Source: the human T2T-CHM13v2.0 reference genome, Homo sapiens. From it: a stretch of 64,000 nucleotides of DNA. The stretch is taken from NCBI RefSeq assembly GCF_009914755.1, contig NC_060930.1; one strand, written 5' to 3'. A model generated the notes under the pieces. It did not search any database and was not told the DNA's origin. It saw nothing but the letters and a program-made list of their open reading frames with translations. This document shows positions 49,380 to 62,517 of the stretch, piece by piece (the stretch's first letter is position 1; every line of letters begins with the position of its first letter). A program made the translations under genes and the position numbers.

Positions 49380-52300
49380 TATTTTTTAATTATTATACTT
49401 TAAGTTCTGGGATATGTGTGCAGAACATGCAGGTCTGTTACATAGGTATACATGTGCCATGGTGGTTTGCTGCACCCATCAACCTGTCACTTACATTAGG
49501 TATTTCTCCTAATGCTATCCCTCCCCTAGTACCCTACCCCCTGACAGGCCCTGGTGTGTGATGTTCCCCTCCCTATGTCCATGTGTTCTCATTGTTCAGC
49601 TCCCACTTATGAGTGAGAACATGAGGTGTTTGGTTTTCTGTTCCCATGTTAGTTTGCTGAGAATGATGGCTTCCAGCTTCATCCATGTCCCTGCAAAGGA
49701 CATGAACTCATCCTTTTTTATGGCTGCATAGTATTCCATGGTGTATATGTGCCACATTTTCTTTATCCAGTCTATCATTGATGGACATTTGGGTTGGTTC
49801 CCAAGTCTTTGCCATTGTGAATAGTGCCACAATAAACATACATGTGCAGCGTGTTTCTAGTAGAGTGATTTATAATCCTTTGGGTATGTACCCAGTAGTG
49901 AGATTGCTGGGTCAAGTGGTATTTCTGGTTTTAGATCCTTGAGGAATGGCTACACTGTCTTCCACAATGGTGGAAGACAATCCCACCAACAGTGTAAATG
50001 CGTTCCTATTTCTCCACATCCTCTCCAGCATCTGTTGTTTCCTGCCTTTTTAATGATTGCCATTCTAACTGGCTTGATATGGTATCTCATTGTGGTTTTG
50101 ATTTGCATTTCTCTAATGACCAGTGATGACAAGCTTTTTTTTCATGTGTTTGTTGGCCGGATAAATGTCTTCTTTTGAGAAGTGTCTGTTCATATCCTTT
50201 GCCCACTTTTTGATGGGGTTGTGTTTTTCTTGTAAATTTGTTTAAGTTTGTTTACAAGTGGGATGACAGTGTAAAGTCTCCCACTATTATTGTGTGGGAG
50301 TCTGAATCTCTTTGTAGGTCTCGAAGAACTTGCTTTATGAATCTGGGTACTCTTGTATTGTGTACATATATATTTAGGATAGTTAGCTCTTTTTGTTGCA
50401 TTGATCTTTTACTATTATGTAATGCCCTTCTTTGTCTTTTTTGATCTTTGTTCGTTTAAAGTCTGTTATATGAAACTCTGGGATGAAAATTATTGTCATT
50501 CAGAATGTCGAATACTGGCCCCCACTCTCTTCTGGATTGTAGGGTTTCTACAGAGAGATCCACTGTTGGTCTGATGGACTTCCCTTTGTGGGTAACCTGA
50601 CCTTTCTCTCTGGCTGCCCTTTACATTTTTTCCTTCATTTCAACCTTGGTGAATCTGACGATTATGTATCTTGGGGTTGCTCTTCTCAAGGAGTTTCTTT
50701 GTGGTGTTCTGAATTTCCTGAATTTGAATGTTGGCCTGTTGTCCTGGGTTGGGGAAGTTCTCCTGGATAATATCCTGAAGAGTGTTTTCCAACTTGGATC
50801 CATTCTACCCATCACTTTCAGGTACACCAATCAAACGTAGGTTTGGCCTTTTCATATAGTCTCATATTTCTTGGAGGCTTTGTTTGTTCCTTTTCATGCT
50901 TTTTTTTGCTGATCTTGTCTTCATGATTTATTTCATTAAGTTGATATTCAATCTCTGATATCTTTTCTTCTGGTTGATTGATTCGGCTATTGATACTTGT
51001 GTATGCTTCACAAAGTTCTCATGCTGTGTTTTTTAGCTCCATCAGGTCATTTATGTTCTTCTCTAAACTGGTTATTCTAGTTAGCAATTCATATAACCTT
51101 TTTTCAAGGTTCTTAGCTTCCTTGCATTGGGTTAGAACATGCTCCTTTAGCTCAGAGGAGTTTGTTATTACTCACCTTCTGAAGCCTACTTCTGTCAATT
51201 CATCAAAGTAATTCTAATTCTCCATCTAGTTTTGTTCCCTTGCTGGCAAGGACTTGTGATCCCTTGGCGAGAAGCAGTGTCCTGGCTTTTGGAATTTTTA
51301 GCATTTTTGCCCTGGTTTTTCCTCATCTTCGTGGATTTATCTACCTTTGATCTTTGATACTGGTGACCTTCAGATGGCGTTTCTGTGTAGATGTCCTTTT
51401 TGTTGATGTTGATGCTATTCCTTTATGTTTGTTAGTTTTCCTTCTAACAGTCAGGCCCCTCTGCTGCAAGTCTGCTGGAGTTTGTTGGAGGTCCACTTTA
51501 GACCTTGTTTGCCTGGGTATCACCAGTGGAGGCTGCAGAACAGCAAAGATTTCTACCTGTTTCTTCCTCTGGAAGCTTTGTCTCAGAGGGGCACTCACCA
51601 GATGTGAGCCAGAGCTCTTTTGTATGAGGTGTTTGTCAACCCTTGCTGGGAGGTGTCTCCCAGTCAGGAGGCATGGTGGTTAGGGAATCACTTGAGGAGG
51701 CAGTCTGTCCCTTAGCAGAACTTGAGTGCTGTGCTGGGAGATCTGCTGCTATGTTCAGAGCTGGCAGGCAGGAACGTTTAAGTCTACTGAAGCTGTGCCC
51801 ACAGCTGCCCCTTCCTCCAGGTGCTCTGTCCCAGGGAGATGGGAGTTTTATCTATAAGCCCCTGACTGGGGCTTCTGCCTTTCTTTCAGAGAGGCCCTGC
51901 CCAGAGAGGAGGAATCTAGAGAGGCAGTCTGGCTACAGTGGCTTTACCAAGCTTTGGTGAGCTCTGTCCAGTTCAAACTTCCCAGAGGCTTTGTTTACAC
52001 GGTGAGGGGGAAAACCACCTACTCAAGCCTCAGTAATGATGGACACCCCTCCCCCACCAAGCTCGAGTGTCCCAGGTCGATTTCAGACTGCTGTGCCGGC
52101 AGCAAGATTTTCAAGCCAGTGGATCTTAGCTTGCTGGGCTCCATAGGGGTGGGATTCACTGAGTTAAACCACTTGGCTCCCTGGCTTCAGCCCCCTTTCC
52201 AGGGGAGAGAACAGTTCTGTTTTGCTGGAATTTGAAGCACCACTGGGGTATGAAAAAAACTCCTGCAGCTAGCTCAGTGTCTGCCCAAATGGCTGCCCAG

Positions 52301-52660
52301 TTTTGTGCTTGAAACCCAGGGTCCTGGTGGTATAGGCACCCGAGGGAATCTCCTGATCTGCACGTTGTGAAGACCATGGGAAAAGTGTAGTATCTGGGCC
52401 AGAATGCATGGTTCCTCACAGGATGGTTTCTCAAGGCTTCTCTTGGCTAGGGGAGGGAGTTCCTCAACCCCTTGCACTTCCTGGGTGAGGCAATGTCCCA
52501 CCCTGCTTCAGCTCACCCTCTGTGGGCTGCACCCACTGTCTAACTAGTCCCAGTGAGATGAGCTGGTGCCTCAGTTGGAAATGCAGAAATCACCCACCTT
52601 CTGCATCCACCTCGCCGGGAGCTGCAGACCAGAGCTGTTCCTATTCAGCCATCTTGCCAC
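49380..52660 (-). mobile_element. L1PA7-like element with intact 5' and 3' ends and two internal deletions (junctions ~50249-50263 and ~50467)
   Basis: Perfect 15-bp TSD CTGTGAAAGTCTTTT at 49365-49379 and 52661-52675. 5' end on - reads GGCAAGATGGCTGAATAGGAACAGCTC. ORF1 and ORF2 peptides appear in the ORF track (RATPRYIIVRFTKVEMKEKM; [13 protein letters not shown]). Confidence 0.92.
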
Positions 52661-54029
52661 CTGTGAAAGTCTTTTGAATGGATGAATGAATAAATGAATG
52701 AATGAACTGTTTTTTCACTGGCTTCATATGCTCATGCCTCACTAAGGTTGTAGAAAATACAGGATCTTGAATACTTTAAAGTGGCAATGTCTTGTGAGAC
52801 AGACATCATCCCTGCTGTCCCAAAATTACCCAGCGTGTGTGGAGAGGCCCCTGGCTTTGGAGATGGGGGGCATTTCCCTTGACTCCCACCTCCTCAGCAC
52901 CACAGGGCTCATCTCTGGGGACCTGGCTTTCCAGTTAGAGCAGACCTGGATCAAGAAGGGCCACAGGAAAGAGAAAAGAAAGACTTGGCAGTGGGAGGGC
53001 AGGGCGTTCAGGCCTCTCCAGGGAAGGGTGCCAACCTCTGGACTTAGCATGATGTTTTTAAAAGAAATGAATGTGTGTCTTGTCTCTACCTTCAACTTGT
53101 AAGGCAAGTGCAGTGCCAGAGGCTGGGGTATCTCTGCTGCCCAGGTGCACTCCACAGAGACAGAGCAAGAGCACGTGCAGACTGTGCTGTCCAACTCGCA
53201 TAGAAGGCTGACAACCACTTCCGTCCTAATGGGGAAAGTGAAGTTGGCAAGGCAGAAATGACCACATGCTCACCCAAAACCTTGGTAGCAGCATGTCTTT
53301 CCAGAAATTTTGCAAGCCAGATCTGGAAATTTGATGGCTTTGCTCCTCTTTTTCCTGAAAGAAATGGAAGGAATCAGGCTCATGAAAAGCCAGATTTCAC
53401 CTCCATGCACACAACCAGGACCCTTGCCTTCCTGAAATGCCCCACAGGCTTTCACAGAATAGATGCAGTCTTAGCAGTGGGCAGCTTGCTTGTTGTCTGG
53501 CCTAAGTCTGAGCCAAGATAAAGACATATAAACTGCCAAGGAGACACTCTATTCCAGAACCTTCTCTTCTTTGCAAAGCAAACATAATTTTAAGATCAAG
53601 ATGCATAACTCTTGTAATCAAAAGCTTACACATTTCCTAGCCCCCCCACCACCCTCCACCCCCAAGCAATGGGTTCTAAGCAATATAAACTGCCAAAGTG
53701 GTGTGTAGAGGGAAATAAAAACCAGACTGGTAAGATACCAACTTTTTTATACCAGTTTCAGAAAGTGCTTATGCAGAGCAAGTGTGGGACAATATTCAAT
53801 TGGCAAAAATATGATGAAAGTAGCTCACTTAAGAAAGGAATAAAGTCTTGTTTATTGAAAGAACAGTGACAAGTTTTTTTAAATTCTGAAAGTCTTGCAT
53901 ATTTCCTGCACTGTATATTTACCTAAGTACAAGTGTTTTAAGAATGATCTCTTGAGCCTGCTTAAATCAAGAACGCATATTTCAGCAATTTGAAAAAAAT
54001 TGCATTTCTTTGTTCATGGCTGTTCTCGG

Positions 54030-54245
54030 GGTTGAGAGGTATGGACCCAGGAGTCAGAGGTCTGAGTTTAGGCTTCCACCTGCTAACTAGCTTGGAACCT
54101 CTGACTAGGTTTTTAAACCCTCTAAGTCTTGGGTTTCTCACCTGTAGAATGAGGATAATAATCATGTCTACCTCACAGTATTGTTGGGAGGACTTAATGA
54201 GATGTAGAGAAACTAATCTAAAGCCTGGCTCACAGAAAGGTAATG
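54030..54245 (+). mobile_element. MIR
   Basis: 'ggtttctcacctgtagaatgaggataataatcatgtctacctcacagtattgttgggaggacttaatgagat'. Confidence 0.8.
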
Positions 54246-54271
54246 TGAAGTCTCAAAAAAAGTGAATTTTA

Positions 54272-54730
54272 CAATAGCAAAGACATGGAACCAACCCAAA
54301 TGCCCATCAGTGATAAAGAAAATGTGGTACATATATACCATAGAATACTATGCAGCCATAAAAAGGAACGAGATCATGTCCTTTGCAGGGATATGGATGA
54401 AGCTAGAGGCCATCATCCTCAGCAAACTAACACAGGAACAGAAAACCAAACACCACATGTTCTCACTCATAAGTGGGAGTTGAACAATGAGAACACATGG
54501 ACTCAGGCAGGGGAACAACACACACCGGGGCCTGGTTGGCGTGGGGGCAGGGGGGTGGTGCGGAGAGGGGTGAGGGGAGGGCGAACACCAGGACAAAGAG
54601 CTAATGCTCGTGGGTCTTAAAATATAGATCATGGGTTGATAGGTGCAGCTAACCACCATGGCACACGTATACCTATGTAACAAACCTGCACATGTATCCC
54701 AGAACTTAAACTAAACTAAAATTTTTTTTT
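54272..54730 (+). mobile_element. 5'-truncated L1PA (PA8-PA10-like) 3' end
   Basis: ORF2 C-terminus (IAKTWNQPKCPS...HMFSLISGS) plus 3'UTR; TSD aagtgaatttta at 54260-54271 and 54731-54742. Confidence 0.9.
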
Positions 54731-55361
54731 AAGTGAATTTTAGCCACTAGATTTTAGAGTTGAAGCATGCCATGGTACTTGTGATTAGTCATCTACCTGT
54801 GTATTTATTCACCTGAACACCTGGATGTGTAGAATAAAAATTGCTCAATTGTTGAAGGCTGCTGCATCGCTCTATGCTACTTGTTCTGTTAAAGTATGTT
54901 CAGGGAGCCAGCCCAGAGAGGCACCTCCTTTTAGCTCTGTGAGGCCTTAAAGCTGGGTCACCATGAAGTCCCTGTATATATATTTTTTGTTTTAATAACT
55001 CCAAGTAACCAAATGAAAACAATTATTTATAAAATGTATTAAGAAGTAAATGTTATCAATTTGGGACTTTGCACAACTATTATTAATGTGACCTCAGGTC
55101 CCATGACAAATTAGAATGGCAATCCTGGGTGAGAAGTTAATTTTGTCCTGAAGCTGGCAGAATCAACATGCACCCCAGTTGTGGGATAGGCCTGTTCTCT
55201 CACTCCATCACATCCAACACCTGGCAAGGACAGCTTTTGGTATGCTAAAGAATTTGGGAAAGATGCTGTTGGTGTAGGGGCGGGGAGACTAGAAACAAGA
55301 TCTTTCCATGGGCAGAGCTCTTCAGAGCTTGATAACAAAGTTTGGTCTGCAGCCTTTGTCA

Positions 55362-55694
<333 letters not shown>

Positions 55695-56796
55695 AAAACA
55701 GGGAAACGTTTGCAAAGCTTCCATCTCCAGGTTGACTTCAGTCAATAATCCTATTGTCTTAAGGCTGGAGTGGACTTCCTTGAAGCTCTTTGCCCAGAAA
55801 ACCTTGCCAAAACTCTCCTAAGATTATTAAGAGTTTTCTCGAGTCTCTTTTCCTGATTCCAATCAACTGGAAATGTTATGAAAATAATTCTGTGGTCAAG
55901 TCTCACTTACTCTTGCTCTCAAACACAATCCACCAAAAGAACAAAACACAAAGTAAAAGTGGATGCAAGACACAAGAGGAAGAGGGGCCCTCTGCAGAGG
56001 CTGCTAAGCAAACGTAGGTTTGGCTCAAAGATTTTTGTTTCTTTGAATCAGTTCACTATTTTTAACCTGTGGAAATTTGTTCACTCATTCTAACAGTAGC
56101 TTTTGCTTTGTGAAATTGGTTTATTTAGTGTTATGTTCCTCCTGTAAACCTTTTCATTGTATGTTTTTCTCCTAATCTAATGGTAATCCTCTCAGTGATA
56201 TGAGTAACCTGGTGTTTGTATTTAACACTCCTTCAACATTCACAGAATCAGAAAATATCAGAACAAGAAAGCCCCAGCCTTCAAGATTGTTTGATTTGTG
56301 TTCCCTAATTTTATGTGTGAACAAAACTGAGGCTGTGAAGATTCTAGAATAATATGTTGAGCTCAAAAATATGGTAGTAGAATTAGAATATAGCTTTCTA
56401 ATATTTGTATAAAAGTCAATGATATTTAGAAGTTTAAAAAAGATACACATTAAACTGGGAAAATACTAAATATTTAAATTCTGTAGGCTAGTTTTCATAT
56501 TCTGGAAAGGTGGATTTTCATATGGCACTGGTGCTGGTGTTTCATCAGGTCAGCTGTCTATGTCATAAGAGGGTGTTCTTATTAGAAAATGTAGGCTTTG
56601 GCAAGCTTTAAAAGGTACACGTGTTACTGCATGTTCTGACGAGATTTTGAAAATCTTTGGCAACTGTGCTTTCCAAGTGGAGAAAAAGGGCTACCATAAT
56701 GTTGAAAGACGGAAATTAAAATCTAATCAGATATGGTGGCCCTTATCCTCCACCTTAGAATTTCTTTTTGTGGAATGTCTGGTGGACAGTAATATA

Positions 56797-57229
56797 TAGA
56801 GGCTCCTCGACTTAGGATGGGATCACATCCAGATACACCCATTGTTAAATTGAAAATATCATAAGTTGAAAAATGCATTTAATATACCTAATCTACCAGA
56901 CATCATAGCTTAGCCCAGCCTACTTTAAATTGCTCAGAATGCTTACACTAGCCTGCAGTCGGGCAAAATTATCTAACACAAAGCCTATTTTGTAATAAAG
57001 GGTTAAATAGCTCATGTAATTTATTGGATATAGTATCAGTTGTTTCCCCTTGTGATCGCATCACTGACTGGGAGTTGTGGCTCACTGCCACTTCCCAGCA
57101 TATATGACTAGCCTGGAAAAAGATCAAAATTAAAAAACAAAGTACATTTCTACTAAGTGCATATCACTTTCACACCATTATTAAGTCGAAAATCGCCAAG
57201 TTGAACCATCCTAAGTTGGGGACCGTCTG
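56797..57229 (+). mobile_element. MER47/Tigger5-type TcMar DNA transposon
   Basis: TIRs tagaggctcctcgacttaggatgg ... ccatcctaagttggggaccgtctg, flanked by TA. Confidence 0.85.
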
Positions 57230-60200
57230 TAGATCAGGCAATCCTTGACATTTTATGGCGGCAGATTGCCAAAAGAGATTGGAGTCTAGAAGTCCTGGAA
57301 GCAGCCCCAACAATTACACAGAACTCAGCATCATGCCCTCACATCAAGGCAAGGAGGGAGAGTTGTCCCTATTTTTCCTTTCCTTGAAAGGGATAGTGAA
57401 ACTCATTCTGAGGTTTTTAAAAAATGTACTTTTTAATGCTTTTCCTCTATCTGTTTTGCTCTCCCTTGATACCCTCTCTACATCATGATGGCTGTGGCAC
57501 TGCTCCTGCTCCTTACATGGGGTCTTAGAATGCACAAAGCTGCCCAATATCACTTTCTCTGTATTTGAGGAAAATTTCTAGTAGCAAAAGAATATCCTCT
57601 GACACTCTTTTCAAAATGCCAACTAAATGTGATAGAACTACTTTTTGCAACAGTGAAGTCCCAAAGTCTCTTTCTTCCTGATGGGTTAATTTAGTACCTT
57701 CCTTTTTCCAAATCAAAGAACCATAAAAGTCAGTGAAAATCTGCATTATTATTATCCTGTGTGTTTAGTTTTGCTTTTTAGTACTTACCATTATTAAACA
57801 CTTGGCCCATTTTTGGCTAATTGTTGTGTAATTCCAAATACAAACCAGTCACCATGGATTATTGCAGTTAGAGTCATCAGAAAGCAAGGAGCTATGACTC
57901 ATGCTCTGTTCTTGCCATGTTTTTCTGATTTGTATTTCATTTCTTACCTGTGCTCACAAGTCACATGAAGATCAATACATCTGAAATATATATGCTGACT
58001 ATGTCACCAGATTTTATTTCTCCCATCATTGAATCTGGACAGGCTTCTTTCAAAAGTGTTGAGTCATTTTTATGTCTTTATCACACTCTTCTAAAGTCCT
58101 TAAAACTCCTAATTATTTCAGAGGATTATTGTCATATAAGGTATACAAAATCAATTATATGAAGAAGTTGTAATCACTATAATTAAACTGAGGCTTATCT
58201 AGACAGATCCTGTGTCATATTTTTCACATAATGAGGCTAAAAACTTTGTGGAGAAAATAATGGATATTTATAGAATATACTCAAGTGTATTTATTTTAGA
58301 AGGTCTGTTAGACATTTCACAAAAGAATCTGTAATCTACAGAAATTACCAAATTATGTTACATAATATTTTAAAAACTTGTTTTAGAATAAGTTGGAATG
58401 TGAGGTTTATAAAACAACTGGAATAATAAACTGAAATTATAATTTAATTTTTATACCCAGTGCATTTATTTTTCTTCCTATGACTTGACTATAGTTTAAA
58501 ATTCTTATAGGTTTAGTATCCCTTTTTTGAAAACAGGTTTTCAATGTGTTTCTGTAACAATAATGAAAAGTAAAGGCATGTAATCTCTTTTCCAAAATAA
58601 AAGATTGGTTTGAGAATTATGATCATATATACAATGTACTAAATGCAACCTTTTATGATGATGATATAAAAGATTCACAGACTCACAAATCATATGCCAC
58701 TCAACTAAAATACTAAGAGAACATAACTTTATCTTTATAAAACATATACATAGGCATAAATACATAGACAAAGGTCTAGAAAAATATGCATATCAGTGTG
58801 GAAATGCAAGTGATGATAATGATTTCTGTTGTTTTCTTCTAATTTCTATAGAGTCACTATGCTATTTAAATTTTCAAAAAATTAAGTTATGTGCAATAAT
58901 CTTTTTAAAATTATTTGTTTTTTAATCAGCTTTTTAATCTGATGACATAGAATGATAACGTAGTAAATCATAGTTTCTGAACCAAAAAACAGGGACACAT
59001 AGACTGAGAAGTGCCAAGTTCATTTTAGAGATTAAAAATACAACGGCATTGGGACTTTTCTAGAAAATTCAAGATATGTGGTCACAATTGAGGTGTTCAG
59101 CTTCTAGAGCGAACTGAACCAGATATCTGCTAAGGCTCTGATAGAGAACAGCTGGAAGCTCAGAAAGGTAAACATAATTCAAATATTGGTGAATATGCCA
59201 GTGCAGCCGAGAAGGTGACAGGATTTGAAAAATGTGCCAGGACACAATGAGAAAGGCCTTGGAATAAATACAAAAAGCCCAAACTTTATTCTGTAAAAGT
59301 GGGGAGCTACTGAAGGTTTTAATCAAAGCAGGGATAATCTCATTTCCAAGGCAAAAAAACAAAAAGAGGCATTCCTTCCTAATACCACATGTAGGAGCTG
59401 TTTTTATTCTATGGTGGATTATTACTTTAGTAGTATCTTATAAAGACAGTGCCTGAAGGTCTTTTATCTGTACATTGATGTAACACTTTTCAAAAGCATA
59501 TCAGCAGACACATTTTTGGAAGCATGCATTCTGAAACTTGAACTTCAAATAGGAGTTATGGCTGATATCATGGAGTAAGGTAAAACAGAAGCTGACTCCT
59601 CTCCAGTATTCAAGGCTGACTGTTGTCTCTGGAACTGAGAATACTGGGAAAAGTGTGAGTTGGACACTGTGCACAACTCTAATTAACACTGTTCTAAAGG
59701 GAAAGTATATGAATATATTGTTTAAACACTAATAGTTAAAAGTTATACTACAATATCTTCAAGGTTTAACACATAAATTGAGACACACACTTAATTAGGC
59801 CTAAGAAAGAAGTGGAATGTAAACTCGTTGATTTTATTTTCATAAATGATTTATTTTACAACTATGAAGAGGAATAATAGAGGCCTTTTATTAGCAAAGA
59901 GATTATTATGATGTCTATTTTCAGCCATGATTTTTCTACCAATGGAAAGTGGAACTGAAAACCTACTTAGGGTGATGTGTTGGGGTTGGGATCAAAGAGA
60001 CTACTATAACTGTCCTACCTCTGAGATTCCAGCATCACATGTGGTGACAATAACACTTCATTTAGTTATATTTCTAGTGAGTCCAGTGGAATGGAGAAAA
60101 TTTTTTAAGTTAAAAATTCTAAAGGACATATGTATAATGGTAGGAATTATTTAGTCTTCTTAATAAAATAAATCATTTATTTTAGAATTATTTTGTAGTC

Positions 60201-60439
60201 TGAAAGCACATTTCCTATAATTTTTAAATGTGAAAGCAGGCAATATTATCTTGTAGGTATTGTATTATATTACAAGAGCCAAAGCATGCTGATTCCCAAT
60301 TTCATCCAGTATGACTTGTCTTAGAAAAAGAAATAAAAATGCAGATCCATTTATTCACTTATTAACTGAGTACATTTCCTGAATCCATGTGCACGTTGGG
60401 TGATAGGAAGCTGAGGCCCTGCTGGCTAAAGATGTAAGA

Positions 60440-61215
60440 GAACAGAGCCTAAAACTGGCACACCAGCTGGAAATTAGGAGGGCAAGTTTCCCTAGAAATG
60501 GGAGAACCACAGATAGGATGAACCCCAAAATCTGAATATAAACTCTTTCCAAATACTTGGCTGACCACCAACTTATGCAAACATAAGGGAGACTTCAGTA
60601 GGCCAGCCTGAAACAAAGCATCTGCAGAAGCTGAAAAATTTAGGGATTTGTCAGTTGCTGCATATCACAGGAGAGCAGAGCTTGTAGTTTGAGTCCAGGT
60701 CAGCTAACTTCTTACCAGAACAATAAGCCAATGATCACCAGGAGAGCACAATAGAACTCAGAAAGGCTGCAGTGACTATTATCTACTAGCTTTAGGCCCT
60801 GTCCTCTGATATATCAAGCTAGTAAGACATGCAAGGAAACCAGGAATGTGATAATGCCTGGGGCTGGGAGATTATGGAAATTGTCAGTCACCCAAAACTG
60901 ACTCTAAATAGGCCTCCATGTTGAATTTAGTAGTCAAAGACTTCAAAGCACCTATTGTAGATATGCTCAACCAAAGGGCATTAAAAGAATTAAAGGAAAA
61001 ATTGTCTTAATGAATGAGTAGATAGGGAATCTCAACAGAGAAATTACATTATTAAAAAAATGGAAATTCCAGAGCTGAACAAGTACAATAATTGAAATAA
61101 CAAACTTGCTAAACAGTCTCAATAGCATATTGGAGATGGCAGAAGCAAGAATAAGTGAAATTGACAATAGATTTTTAAAAATGGCCCAATCTTAAGAATA
61201 GAAAGAAAAAAATAC
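60440..61215 (+). mobile_element. Old L1M 5' region / ORF1 fragment
   Basis: ORF1-like 'aaagacttcaaagcacctattgtagatatgctcaa...aatggaaattccagagctga...gatggcagaagcaagaataagtgaa'. Confidence 0.7.
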
Positions 61216-61914
61216 CCACAAAAAACACTATCAAGGAGTCCAGCACACAAAATCCAAGCTCTGCCTGTGCATTAGGCTTCAGGACATGAGGGAATGGCAG
61301 TGAATTAGGGCTGCACTATGCCAGGAACACTCATTTACCACAACTGGATTTGTCAGCAGTTCGAGTGAACTTTCCTTAGGCATTATAGAATTAACTGTAC
61401 TTAGAGAGAGGTTCTTGGTTAACCTCAGTGTTTTCACATTTTAAATTATTTCCTAAGTTTCAAGTGAAACTAAATATCATTTGAAAGACTTTTAAAGGCA
61501 GTCTGCCCACCCCACTCCAACTCACCCCAATTTCCACTAACAACTACTTCAAATGTAATTGTCAGAAAGAGCACCCCACTCCACTGCACCCCAAATCAGC
61601 CTCCGATAGATATTGCATCTGACCCTGGGGGGCCCTTCCCGCTTTCCTCTTGCTATGCTCACTACACTTTATTTCCCTCAATGAAAACTCCTTCCCCACC
61701 CTCCTAATGTGTGACTTCACATTCTATACATAGAATTTCTTTTTTTTTCCAAAGTGAATATAGTTTTATATATTTTTTAACTACATAAAAATAAAACACA
61801 CTCAATACAAAAAGAAATGGATAAAACGCAAATGTGAAAACAAACTCACCAATCACCAACCACTCAGAACTTTAGGTCAGTTTAATAGGTGTCCTCTTCT
61901 GACATTTCAGTGTC

Positions 61915-62517
<603 letters not shown>

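Noticed and set aside
49596-51960. L1 ORF1/ORF2 peptide fragments as genes
   Set aside because: Fragmented by stops, frameshifts and deletions; RT domain absent; not retrotransposition-competent.
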